Source of the DNA: a virus
Taxonomy: Duplodnaviria; Caudoviricetes
Strand: one strand, 5' to 3'
DNA length: 60,237 bases
IMG/VR virus record: IMGVR_UViG_3300032048_000003
Coordinates: 1-60,237 of that record
Shown here: positions 1 through 8,379 of the stretch, piece by piece
Layout: every line of letters begins with the position of its first letter
Position numbering within the stretch: position 1 is the first letter of the stretch
Position numbers and translations under genes: made by a program
Notes under the pieces: model-generated
Databases searched by the model: none
What the model was told of the DNA's origin: nothing
The model's input: the letters and a program-made list of their open reading frames with translations, nothing else

Positions 1-1
1 A

Positions 2-322
2 AAATATAGAAAAGTTGAAAAACATATACCAGGCTTTACAGTATCCCGTAATCCACATGTGGTTTGTAAAGATGGATTTAAAATGTCTGTTCAAGCAGGA
101 CAGTCCTTATACAGTTCCCCAAGAGATATAGCAAATAATTATAAAGAAGCTGAAGTTGGATTTCCATCTACAGAAGAATCATTGCTCGCATCCTACGCAG
201 ATGATGAAGAAAATCTTTGTGGTACTGTTTATGGTTATGTACCATGTTCAGTTATTGATGCGGTGATTGAAAAACATGGTGGAATAGATGAATCAAAAAT
301 TGACCCAAAATGGTATCTCTAG
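2..322 (+). CDS. conserved phage hypothetical protein (5' partial)
   Basis: Frame is open from the window edge (KYRKVEK...VVCKDGFKMSVQAG) to the stop at 322. Confidence 0.6.
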   Translation, partial: KYRKVEKHIPGFTVSRNPHVVCKDGFKMSVQAGQSLYSSPRDIANNYKEAEVGFPSTEESLLASYADDEENLCGTVYGYVPCSVIDAVIEKHGGIDESKIDPKWYL

Positions 323-331
323 GAGAAAATT

Positions 332-523
332 ATGAGTTTTACACAAAAAGAATCTAAATGGGATTCGAATGAAATTGAAATTTGTGTGAAGTGTGGAGAG
401 CAGACTTCTTTCAAAAAAAGTGATGATGTCACTTTTAGATATGGTTACATAGAAGGAGCAGGACAGCTTTGTTTCAAGTGTAGTCAAACTAGAAAAATGC
501 ATAAGACAGGGAGTTACGAATAA
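332..523 (+). CDS. small zinc-finger-like protein
   Basis: CVKC ... CFKC pairs; AGGAG RBS at 321. Confidence 0.6.
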   Translation: MSFTQKESKWDSNEIEICVKCGEQTSFKKSDDVTFRYGYIEGAGQLCFKCSQTRKMHKTGSYE

Positions 524-665
524 TAAATTTACAAATTTTAGGAATAGTATTTTTTTTACTACTTACATCGTGTAGTTATCATACAGAAATACCTTGTCCT
601 TTTGGTTTAACTATGAAACAATTAGACAAAAAATGTGATTTTATTCAGCACGGGAGTACAAGTAA

Positions 666-887
666 ATGGGTACTAAAGAAGAGATAAATGAAAAACGATT
701 GAAATATGGGGGATGGTTAATCTCTTCGTTACTTATACTTATTGGTATATATTTCATTTGGCCTCATATACATACATCACTGTTAGGAATTGTACTAATT
801 TATCTTGCAGTTCGTGTTTTTAATATTTCTACTTTTAAAGAATATAAAAAAACACGAATAAAACTATTACATAAATTGATAGACTAA
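666..887 (+). CDS. small membrane protein
   Basis: Two hydrophobic segments; GGGAG upstream. Confidence 0.55.
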   Translation: MGTKEEINEKRLKYGGWLISSLLILIGIYFIWPHIHTSLLGIVLIYLAVRVFNISTFKEYKKTRIKLLHKLID

Positions 888-1069
888 TGATAGAATTAAT
901 TTACAAAATGAGGGCAACAGAAAGAACCCCTTATAAGAATTTTCACTTTAAAAAATATTTTAAGACATGGGATAAATGCTATGAGTTTGTTAACATCCGG
1001 CATCTCAAATCATATGAAACAAAGGAAGTGTTTGGAATGGGTCCTAAAGGATATGAAGAACATGAATGA
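887..1069 (+). CDS. hypothetical protein
   Basis: ORF coupled to previous stop (TAATG). Confidence 0.45.
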   Translation: MIELIYKMRATERTPYKNFHFKKYFKTWDKCYEFVNIRHLKSYETKEVFGMGPKGYEEHE

Positions 1070-1070
1070 T

Positions 1071-1144
1071 CGCGGGGACAGATCGGTATCTGGTTGGGGC
1101 TCATAACCCCGATATAGCGAGTTCGACTCTCGCCCCCGCCACCA
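1071..1144 (+). tRNA. tRNA-fMet (CAT), initiator type
   Basis: Cloverleaf: CGCGGGG/CCCCGCC acceptor with unpaired position 1, GGGG-CTCATAA-CCCC anticodon arm, GTTCGA T-loop, encoded CCA. Confidence 0.92.
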
Positions 1145-1145
1145 G

Positions 1146-1219
1146 GCGAGTGTTGTATAATGGTATTACCTCAGGCTTCCAACCTGATGATGCGGGTTCG
1201 ATTCCTGTCACTCGCTCCA
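1146..1219 (+). tRNA. tRNA-Gly (TCC)
   Basis: GCGAGTG/CACTCGC acceptor, TCAGG-CTTCCAA-CCTGA anticodon arm, U73, CCA. Confidence 0.93.
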
Positions 1220-1362
1220 TAAATACTACATGGTAGTAGATAAAAAAGAATCACTTGTATCCCTAAAAGTAAAATATCCCAAACATGAAAAAGATTTTTA
1301 TATTGAAACCGTTTGTAAAACTAAAACTGATATTGGAATTATGTATACTGTAAAAATTAGAA

Positions 1363-2709
1363 ATGTTAAACCCAAAAAATCATGATACGTATTGTCATTA
1401 TCCATTTAAAGCTATGACCTTTAAGAAGTGGTCTGACGATGGTAAGAGACCAACTAATGTTACACCTTGTTGCATGATGATGAACCCTGTGGAACAAAAG
1501 GGAGAGGCTGCAGATATGCATTATGACATGGGTCTTTCCGAAACGGCGCTAGCAGGAATGAATCCCCTTGACATATTTAATTCTCCCCAATACGAAAAGC
1601 TAAGAAACGATTTAACGAACGGCATAAAAAATGAAGTATGTTCTGTCTGCTGGAAGATGGAAGAAAAAGGTTTAGAATCGTTTAGACAATGTTCTGATTT
1701 TGATGGAGGTAAAGAAACTGATGGTTTATTTGAGTTTGACATATCTCTTTCTAACCTATGTAATTTAGCCTGTAGAATGTGCAATATAGGAAGTTCACAT
1801 CAGATAGGTAAGGATGTAGAGGCAATGCGTGCTAACGGCACTTACGATGAATTTATGAGAGTAAGTGATAGAGCAATGCCACGTAAAAAAGGTGTTATCT
1901 ATGATAAAGAGTCTAACGAAGTAATTGATTGGTTAATGAATAATACTCATCAGATAAAAATGTTAAAAGCATCTGGGGGAGAACCTTTTTATGATAGACG
2001 AGTTGTAAAGGTATTAGAAAAGTATGTTGAAGATGGTACTGCTAAAAATACAACTTTAAAGTTCCATACCAATGCTACTCAATTTACACCTGAGCTAGCA
2101 AATCTGTTAAACAACTTTAAAGAACAGGGTCATACATTTAGTATAGACGGCACACAAAGAACTTATAATTATATCAGACATCATTCTGATTGGAATAAAT
2201 TAAATGAAAGTCTAGATAGTTATCTAAGCACATGTAATAATATTAAACATCAATATTTTAATATGGTGTTATCTGGTATTAATGTTTTGAATGCTGCAGA
2301 TTATATAGAATGGATATGTAATAAATGTATATACCATAAGGTCCCTAGTTATTATATTCATTTTGCAGAAATGTTTCCAGGTAATAGGGGAACATCAATT
2401 AAAAATATTCCCATAGAACTTTTAGAAGAATCATTAGATAGACTTATAGAAGTAATAGATTCAGGTATAGCAACTGTGGCAGATTCAGATACTGTACACG
2501 CAACTATAAGAGGAAAAGAATATAAGAAGTGGTATAGATTTAATATTCATAATTTAGTTGGTCAAATACAAAATGCAATTAATAATCATAATGGGGATTA
2601 TAATAAGTTTAAAAAAGAATTAGTCATTTTAGATACTGTTAGAAATCAATCTTATAAGGATTATATAGACCCCTTACTAATAAATCACTTGGATAATATA
2701 AATGTATAA
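1363..2709 (+). CDS. radical SAM protein with N-terminal twitch/SPASM-like Cys cluster
   Basis: CNLACRMC (CxxxCxxC), GGEPF, SIDG motifs; N-terminal C..PF/PCC/CSVCW. Confidence 0.88.
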   Translation: MLNPKNHDTYCHYPFKAMTFKKWSDDGKRPTNVTPCCMMMNPVEQKGEAADMHYDMGLSETALAGMNPLDIFNSPQYEKLRNDLTNGIKNEVCSVCWKMEEKGLESFRQCSDFDGGKETDGLFEFDISLSNLCNLACRMCNIGSSHQIGKDVEAMRANGTYDEFMRVSDRAMPRKKGVIYDKESNEVIDWLMNNTHQIKMLKASGGEPFYDRRVVKVLEKYVEDGTAKNTTLKFHTNATQFTPELANLLNNFKEQGHTFSIDGTQRTYNYIRHHSDWNKLNESLDSYLSTCNNIKHQYFNMVLSGINVLNAADYIEWICNKCIYHKVPSYYIHFAEMFPGNRGTSIKNIPIELLEESLDRLIEVIDSGIATVADSDTVHATIRGKEYKKWYRFNIHNLVGQIQNAINNHNGDYNKFKKELVILDTVRNQSYKDYIDPLLINHLDNINV

Positions 2710-3007
2710 ACCACTACCCCACTATGTAACAATTAAAAGATCTCCCATTTCCGGCCTAGGCCTTTTTGCAACAGAGAGAATTGAAGCACATTCATTAATT
2801 GGAATTACCCATCATGCAGATGAGCGCTCTGACGATGGATTCATTAGAACCCCTTTGGGAGGATTTGGTAATCATTCTGATGATCCTAATTGTTTCAAAC
2901 TTTTGATGGATCCTAAAACTTGGTGGATAGGTGCTTTAAAAGACATTGAATCCGGAGAAGAACTTACTTGGTGTTATACATTATATAAAATTAAAAATAA
3001 GGCTTGA
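2702..3007 (+). CDS. SET-domain protein (putative lysine methyltransferase)
   Basis: GLGLFA, NHSDDPNC and ALKDIESGEELTWCY signature motifs. Confidence 0.85.
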   Translation: MYKPLPHYVTIKRSPISGLGLFATERIEAHSLIGITHHADERSDDGFIRTPLGGFGNHSDDPNCFKLLMDPKTWWIGALKDIESGEELTWCYTLYKIKNKA

Positions 3008-3032
3008 CATTTTTAAAAAAATGCTTTATAAT
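3004..3032 (+). promoter_or_regulatory. sigma70-type early promoter
   Basis: TTGACA-17 bp-TATAAT. Confidence 0.8.
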
Positions 3033-3073
3033 ATTAATGTTGTGCCCACAGAGATAATATATGAAAGTTAAAA

Positions 3074-3721
3074 ATGGCAGATTATAGTTATCTAGATAAT
3101 TTAAAAATTAAATTAAAGCGACATCCAGGGGATAATACAATTTCTATACAAGATGCTAGAAAACTTATGAAAGCGAAGGCACCATTAAGAATTCAATTAG
3201 GTTCCGAACGAACAATGTCAATAAAAAAAGATATTGATATAGATAAAATTCTTGAAGAGATAGAAACTCATATTATCCTTGATTGGAAAAAACCGGGAGT
3301 GTGTCAAATAATGTTACAGGGGGTAGAAGAAGATGGTGACCCCTTTTTTGGTTCTAGAGAATTTAAAGAGATTGGAGAAGCAGGATATAAAGAAGAAGAT
3401 TTTATTATTCCTTTATTTTCGGGTATGAAGTATACTAATAAGTTGATAAAAGATTTTAAAATGTTTAGGACTCGAGTAATGTTACTAAAACCGAAATCAT
3501 GTTTATCTTGGCATTATGATCCTAGTATGAGAATACATATACCCTTATGTGGGGATAGTGATAGTTTTCATATTATGGAAGATCCTGATGGCAATAAAAT
3601 AGTTCACCAAATAGAAAAAGGAGAAGCTCATATAATGAATACAGAAGTGTATCATTCTGGAGTAAACCTTTCTAGAAAAGTAGAAAGGATTCATATAGTC
3701 GGTTGTGTTAATGTAGATTAA
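3074..3721 (+). CDS. Asp/Asn beta-hydroxylase-like 2OG-Fe(II) oxygenase
   Basis: LSWHYD, RIHIPL, HSGVN, RIHIV motifs. Confidence 0.75.
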   Translation: MADYSYLDNLKIKLKRHPGDNTISIQDARKLMKAKAPLRIQLGSERTMSIKKDIDIDKILEEIETHIILDWKKPGVCQIMLQGVEEDGDPFFGSREFKEIGEAGYKEEDFIIPLFSGMKYTNKLIKDFKMFRTRVMLLKPKSCLSWHYDPSMRIHIPLCGDSDSFHIMEDPDGNKIVHQIEKGEAHIMNTEVYHSGVNLSRKVERIHIVGCVNVD

Positions 3722-3737
3722 TAAACAGGAGACATCA

Positions 3738-3932
3738 ATGTATACTCAAAAACATCTTATAGATAAGATTAATAAACACATCAATGCTGTATATCCCTAT
3801 ACGGGAGAATATATTATAGATGAGTTATCAAGAAAGGGTACTATGTCACAAAATGTTGGTCACGTGTTAGAGGATGCACAAAAACTGTATAAAAGTCTTT
3901 GTAATGATTATAAACAAGTATTGGACAAATAA
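3738..3932 (+). CDS. hypothetical protein
   Basis: AGGAG RBS and ATG. Confidence 0.55.
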   Translation: MYTQKHLIDKINKHINAVYPYTGEYIIDELSRKGTMSQNVGHVLEDAQKLYKSLCNDYKQVLDK

Positions 3933-4668
3933 AGGGTTTAGTTCGGGGTTCGGCGATTTAATTAATTATATATCATATGAATATATAAATGTCAAAGAAC
4001 CCACAACAATTAATTGGCATTTACAACCCCGAACACACAGACAGATAAAAAGAGTATTAAAATTTTTTAAACCAAATGAGTTGGTTACTCATAAGTTTTT
4101 ACCTCACTCTATTAAAGATGAAGAACCACATGGTTCACATCCTCATGATTATTGGCCTGCGAAAGAATTACATCAACCAGGTGATTATGTGGCTATATGG
4201 TTATATCTATCTCATGTAGGAAAATCGCTTCATCATCAAGATAAAGTTGTAAAGAAGGTTCATTTAGAAATGTTATTAAAGAGCCTTAAAAGAAATGGAT
4301 ATAAAGTAGTTATCATTCCCAGCTTAGGAAATAAGAATCGCAGTGATACATTATATAATATTAATTATGATTTTGATCAGTATGGATATTGTATAACTAG
4401 TATATTAAAGAATTGCAAATTTAGTATTTGTTCAGAAGGGGGAATTGCCCATTTATCAAGATTAATGAGAGTTCCAACTCTGGTTTATTTTAATCAAACA
4501 ATGCCTTGGAAGGGCCATGAGCATTATGATTTAAGAGAATTTTGGATTACAAAATATAGTAGACCAATTGATACTATTGTTGCTGATGTAGCTCAGACGG
4601 CAGAGCAGCTGATTTGTAATCAGCAGGTCACGGGTTCGATTCCTGTCATCAGCTCCAAAGAAAAATGA
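3904..4668 (+). CDS. glycosyltransferase family 9-like protein
   Basis: CSEGGIAHLSRLMRVPTLVYF resembles the GT9 D(S/T)GxxHLAxAxxxP motif; C-terminus runs through tRNA-Thr. Confidence 0.5.
   Translation: MIINKYWTNKGFSSGFGDLINYISYEYINVKEPTTINWHLQPRTHRQIKRVLKFFKPNELVTHKFLPHSIKDEEPHGSHPHDYWPAKELHQPGDYVAIWLYLSHVGKSLHHQDKVVKKVHLEMLLKSLKRNGYKVVIIPSLGNKNRSDTLYNINYDFDQYGYCITSILKNCKFSICSEGGIAHLSRLMRVPTLVYFNQTMPWKGHEHYDLREFWITKYSRPIDTIVADVAQTAEQLICNQQVTGSIPVISSKEK
4582..4657 (+). tRNA. tRNA-Thr (TGT)
   Basis: GCTGATG/CATCAGC acceptor, GCTGA-TTTGTAA-TCAGC anticodon arm, GTTCGA, CCA. Confidence 0.93.
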
Positions 4669-5126
4669 TACCTATAATAATACAAGATAACTTTTTAAGT
4701 AGTGAGGAATGTAAACAACTTATAGATTTTTATAAATCTCGTAGCCATGCCTCTGAAAAATATAGTACAACATATCCATTAGTTATTAAAACTGATGAAC
4801 ATAAATTATTAACAGAAAAAATTAATAAGGTTGGTTTTAATGTAAATAATACAATAGTTGATTGGTTTCAAATTGTTAGATGGCCTTCTCCTAATTCAGG
4901 TAAAAATTTACATAAAGACATATCATCAGTGCTTAGTAGTGTCATTTATCTTAATGATGATTATGATGGCGGACATACATATTTTAAGGATGGTACAAGT
5001 TTTGCACCCGCTATAGGCCGTGCAATTTTTTTTGATGGTAATAATTACCCTCATGGTGTATCACACATTGATAGAAATGATAGATATACTGTAGCAACGT
5101 GGATGAAAAAGTGTATAATATTATAA
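4665..5126 (+). CDS. 2OG-Fe(II) oxygenase (prolyl-4-hydroxylase-like)
   Basis: HKD, IYLNDDYDGG, HGV...RY motifs. Confidence 0.85.
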   Translation: MIPIIIQDNFLSSEECKQLIDFYKSRSHASEKYSTTYPLVIKTDEHKLLTEKINKVGFNVNNTIVDWFQIVRWPSPNSGKNLHKDISSVLSSVIYLNDDYDGGHTYFKDGTSFAPAIGRAIFFDGNNYPHGVSHIDRNDRYTVATWMKKCIIL

Positions 5127-5668
5127 ATGGATTCTTAGATGAAGATTATTGTAAAGCATTTACAACATATGCACTTCATGAACGATTCGAAAATTTTTCA
5201 CCTTATGATACAAAGAAGCATTTACATCCGGGTGCTGAAACGCATGCGGTTTATAAGGATCCCTTTACTGAAGCGTCGCTCAGAGCGATGTTAGAAAAAG
5301 TTCAAAGATACTTTCCGGATAAGGAGATCTTTCCTTCTTATTCATTTTATATTGTGTATGAATATGAAGCACAATTATCACAACATATAGATAAAACTGA
5401 ATGTGAAATATCTATTACTGTACCTACAGGTTACCTTTATGGTGATAGCTATAAAGGGTCTGTATGGCCTTTATATATGGATGGTAATTCAATAGAGCTA
5501 AATATAGGTGATGCTCTTTTATATACGCAACATCCCAAAAAGTTGAAGCATTGGAGAGAGCCATTCGATGGGATCTACCAAGTCCAACTATTACTTCATT
5601 ATATAACTCAACCGGAAAATAAATCTTCAGCGCCTGCTCCCAATAAAAGGCTGCTGCAAACAGCTTAG
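5099..5668 (+). CDS. 2OG-Fe(II) oxygenase
   Basis: HIDKTECEIS (HxD) and HWREPF, typical of marine T4-like phage oxygenases. Confidence 0.75.
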   Translation: MDEKVYNIINGFLDEDYCKAFTTYALHERFENFSPYDTKKHLHPGAETHAVYKDPFTEASLRAMLEKVQRYFPDKEIFPSYSFYIVYEYEAQLSQHIDKTECEISITVPTGYLYGDSYKGSVWPLYMDGNSIELNIGDALLYTQHPKKLKHWREPFDGIYQVQLLLHYITQPENKSSAPAPNKRLLQTA

Positions 5669-5780
5669 GAACTTAATGGCTCGCAATATAATTATTATTT
5701 GCATTTGTTTAGCCTTTGTTGCATTTTATCTCCATATTGTCATGACAGGGATGTAGTTCACCTACCAATTTCATTACATT

Positions 5781-5920
5781 ATTGAAATCATTACAGATAT
5801 TTGTTTATCAATGATATCAATGCCTTCTAATTATCTTATTGAAATCATTGATAATCTTTTATCAGCAATGATATCAACGGTTTCTAATTATCCTATTGGA
5901 ATCATTGATAATCATTTCTG
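5781..5920. repeat. 57-bp-period tandem repeat with IHF-like ATCAA boxes
   Basis: ATTG(A/G)AATCATT at 5781, 5838 and 5895 with inverted CAATGATATCAA copies in between. Confidence 0.85.
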
Positions 5921-5949
5921 TTGCTTTTTTGAGCTAGATATGATATAAT
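5921..5949 (+). promoter_or_regulatory. sigma70-type early promoter (extended -10)
   Basis: TTGCTT-17 bp-TATAAT with TG extension; context matches promoters at 21258 and 23918. Confidence 0.75.
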
Positions 5950-6003
5950 ATAATATAGGATAAAAACAGGGTGTGATTATTCTTAACCGCAAAGAGAGAG
6001 ATT

Positions 6004-6096
6004 ATGTTTATTACCGAATTAATTAGATTTATTGGAACAATCGTCGTGTTCGCAGGACTGATGTATATGGTCACTATTCTTTATTTTGTATTATAG
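6004..6096 (+). CDS. 30-aa hydrophobic peptide
   Basis: MFITELIRFIGTIVVFAGLMYMVTILYFVL; first ORF after the promoter, GAGAGAGAG leader. Confidence 0.5.
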   Translation: MFITELIRFIGTIVVFAGLMYMVTILYFVL

Positions 6097-6361
6097 AGGC
6101 ATAATGATTGATGTTGATTTGACAAATATGATTCCAGAAACAGTTCAAGCGGTAAGCGCATTTGATTTGGAAACATCATTAAAATCATATGTTGAAACAA
6201 CGTCCACAATTGGACTTATTAACGCAGATGATGGCACAGCATTGATGTCCGGATTCACTTTATATTGTTCGACATTTCCAGCGGCTGCACCAGTTTGTAT
6301 TCCAATGGCAATCGGATTTGTATACCAATGGTTCGATCAAGTTTTCGGACATATGTTATAA
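6086..6361 (+). CDS. hypothetical protein
   Basis: ORF track; true start probably a little downstream. Confidence 0.45.
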   Translation: MYYRGIMIDVDLTNMIPETVQAVSAFDLETSLKSYVETTSTIGLINADDGTALMSGFTLYCSTFPAAAPVCIPMAIGFVYQWFDQVFGHML

Positions 6362-6447
6362 GATCATACCGGCGATCAACCGCCGAAGCGAAGAGTTGGG
6401 TGGGGAAGGTGGTACACAAAAATTAAAACTTTAAGAGAGAGAATATT

Positions 6448-6678
6448 ATGATGAATAAAAGCCAGATTAAAAAGATTATGGAGATTTCAGGAGACTTGAG
6501 TGAGTTTGATATCCCCAGCATTGATTTAAGTTTAAACAGATCCTTATCTGAACTAGAAAGTTCATATTGGGAATTTATTGACAAAACTGAAGGTGAAGAT
6601 TCTTCTGAATGGAACAAATCCGTCCAAGAAGATTTTGGTGCCCTTGAAGGTTATTTAATGAAAATGGATTTAATATGA
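6448..6678 (+). CDS. acidic hypothetical early protein
   Basis: ORF with GAGAGAGA leader. Confidence 0.55.
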   Translation: MMNKSQIKKIMEISGDLSEFDIPSIDLSLNRSLSELESSYWEFIDKTEGEDSSEWNKSVQEDFGALEGYLMKMDLI

Positions 6679-6875
6679 AATATGCAACAATTGAGATTTT
6701 AAGTGATGTCGAAGCCCATTGGGGTGTGAGTGCCCCATTTGGAGGAAAGCCAGGTGGTAAATACTTAGTCCGCGAATATGAACTAGATGATAAAAATAAA
6801 TCTGTAGAACAAAGTGGGACGTTTTATAAAACAATTAAAGAAGCTGAGGATCATGTTATTAAATACCAAAGTTAA
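6675..6875 (+). CDS. hypothetical protein
   Basis: ORF overlapping the previous stop. Confidence 0.5.
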   Translation: MKYATIEILSDVEAHWGVSAPFGGKPGGKYLVREYELDDKNKSVEQSGTFYKTIKEAEDHVIKYQS

Positions 6876-7152
6876 AAAAAAGAAAAAGATTCCTCAACAT
6901 ATTTTAGATGAGGAACGTGGAGATGAGATTAGACAAATGAGGAAAGAACAAGCTCAAAGGGAAATGTACGATGACCCTTATTTGAATTGGAGCGGCCACA
7001 GGTAAAATGTTTAAATACATATTTCTAGGATTTATATTAGGTTATGCATTCAGTTTTGTTAGTCCAGAATGGTATGCATTTGTTAATAGTAACTTTATCC
7101 AATTTTGTAGGTGGGCAGAATTACCAGATGTAATTTGGCTTTGGATGGATAA

Positions 7153-7425
7153 ATGGATTTTTTTCGGAGCACTATAATGATTATGACAAGACAACGACCC
7201 CATGTGAAAAAGAGCAAGAAGGTTTATAACCGGAAAGCAAAGCACCCAGAACCAAAATTAGATAGGCATTACGTATCAATGATGGTAGAAGAATATCTTG
7301 CAAAGGGTGGAGAGATCACAAAAATAACTGCAGATGGTACTGTTAACCAAAATTCATGGAAAGACCAAGCAAAGAAAAGTTGGAACACGCGACAAAAGAA
7401 AGCCTCGCAGTGTCCGAGCGGCTAG
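7153..7425 (+). CDS. basic hypothetical protein
   Basis: VEEYLAKGGEITK motif seen in small phage proteins; 3' end overlaps tRNA-Cys. Confidence 0.5.
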   Translation: MDFFRSTIMIMTRQRPHVKKSKKVYNRKAKHPEPKLDRHYVSMMVEEYLAKGGEITKITADGTVNQNSWKDQAKKSWNTRQKKASQCPSG

Positions 7426-7477
7426 GAGATGGTTTGCAAAACCATATACATCGGTTCAAATCCGATCTGCGAGTCCA
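7404..7477 (+). tRNA. tRNA-Cys (GCA)
   Basis: CTCGCAG/CTGCGAG acceptor, ATGGT-TTGCAAA-ACCAT anticodon arm, U73, CCA. Confidence 0.92.
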
Positions 7478-7485
7478 TTTTTTTC

Positions 7486-7514
7486 TTGACATTCCATTTT
7501 TAATATAGTATAAT
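7486..7514 (+). promoter_or_regulatory. sigma70-type early promoter
   Basis: TTGACA-17 bp-TATAAT. Confidence 0.8.
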
Positions 7515-7536
7515 AATTTTATTATAAGGTTACAAG

Positions 7537-7746
7537 ATGCATTCAAATAAACGATTACGCCAAGAAGGGGCTATAGCGCGCTTAGAGAAGACAATTGAAG
7601 CGCATCAAGCGGACTTTAAATTGGTAAATAAGATCATAGAAGATAAAAAGTTAACAAAAACTTCAAAAGAATTAGAGACCCTTCGAAATAAAAAAATTGA
7701 GCGTGCTCAAAAAACGATTGAGAATACAAAAATAGCAATGAGGTAA
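7537..7746 (+). CDS. coiled-coil hypothetical protein
   Basis: First ORF after the promoter. Confidence 0.55.
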   Translation: MHSNKRLRQEGAIARLEKTIEAHQADFKLVNKIIEDKKLTKTSKELETLRNKKIERAQKTIENTKIAMR

Positions 7747-7957
7747 TATCTGTCCAGGGTAGGTGGGACAGAAGTGATCTATTCCACTGTACGCCATAAT
7801 AGAGGGCGGGAATAGACATTCTATAGGCTGGCCGCGTTATTCATCTTATCAATGAGTACGGTGGAGGGGGTGATGCTTTATCTTGAGCGTTTATGTTCTG
7901 TCCGAAAACTTTTCGGCATAACGATCATACGCCAGGTAACCAGGTGTAGACAGATAT
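7746..7957 (+). ncRNA. candidate structured ncRNA of unknown family
   Basis: GC-enriched gap; terminal helix ATATCTGTC/GACAGATAT enclosing several hairpins. Confidence 0.55.
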
Positions 7958-7958
7958 A

Positions 7959-8002
7959 GGAAGCAGGGGTCGCTTAGCTAGCTTCCCCTTCTTCCGTTTT
8001 TT
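7959..8002 (+). terminator. intrinsic terminator-like hairpin
   Basis: GGAAG..GGGG / CCCC..CTTCC followed by GTTTTTT. Confidence 0.6.
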
Positions 8003-8016
8003 AATTGGAGATTATA

Positions 8017-8379
8017 ATGAAATATGCTTTTGATATAGATGGTACTATTTGTACTAATCGCGAAGACGTCAGAGAAGAAAAGAAAGATAATACTATAACA
8101 TATTTGGATATGAAACCGTATCCGAAACGAATTCAATTGGTAAACGATCTCTATGATCAAGGTCATGAGATTATATATTGGACAGGTAGAGGTGGAGATT
8201 CATTTAAAGAAGATCCACATCATTGGTATGATGATACAGAAAGACAATTACAGGAATGGGGAGCCAAATACCATGAGCTTATTGTAGGTGGTAAACCATG
8301 GTTTGATATGTACATTTGTGATAAATCTTATAATTCAGAAACCTGGTTTCCTATTTTTGAAAAGATGAAGGATGCCTAG
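8017..8379 (+). CDS. HAD-superfamily phosphatase-like protein
   Basis: FDIDGT, WTGR, GKPWFDMYICDK motifs. Confidence 0.8.
   Translation: MKYAFDIDGTICTNREDVREEKKDNTITYLDMKPYPKRIQLVNDLYDQGHEIIYWTGRGGDSFKEDPHHWYDDTERQLQEWGAKYHELIVGGKPWFDMYICDKSYNSETWFPIFEKMKDA

Noticed and set aside
520-688. Possible small lipoprotein ORF (LLTSC...)
   Set aside because: No ATG/GTG/TTG start upstream of the lipobox in frame; cannot be supported
5648-5666. AGGCTG-CTGCAAA-CAGCTT, resembling a tRNA-Cys anticodon arm
   Set aside because: No acceptor stem, T-loop or CCA around it; it lies at the end of a CDS
5781-5920. Possible mini-CRISPR array
   Set aside because: The intervening sequences resemble each other, the unit recurs only at promoters, and no cas genes are in the window
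7746-7957. RNase P RNA, tmRNA, SRP RNA or HDV-like ribozyme identity for the ncRNA candidate
   Set aside because: No GAGGAAAGTCC, tRNA-like ends, SRP helix-8 motif or nested double pseudoknot could be found by eye
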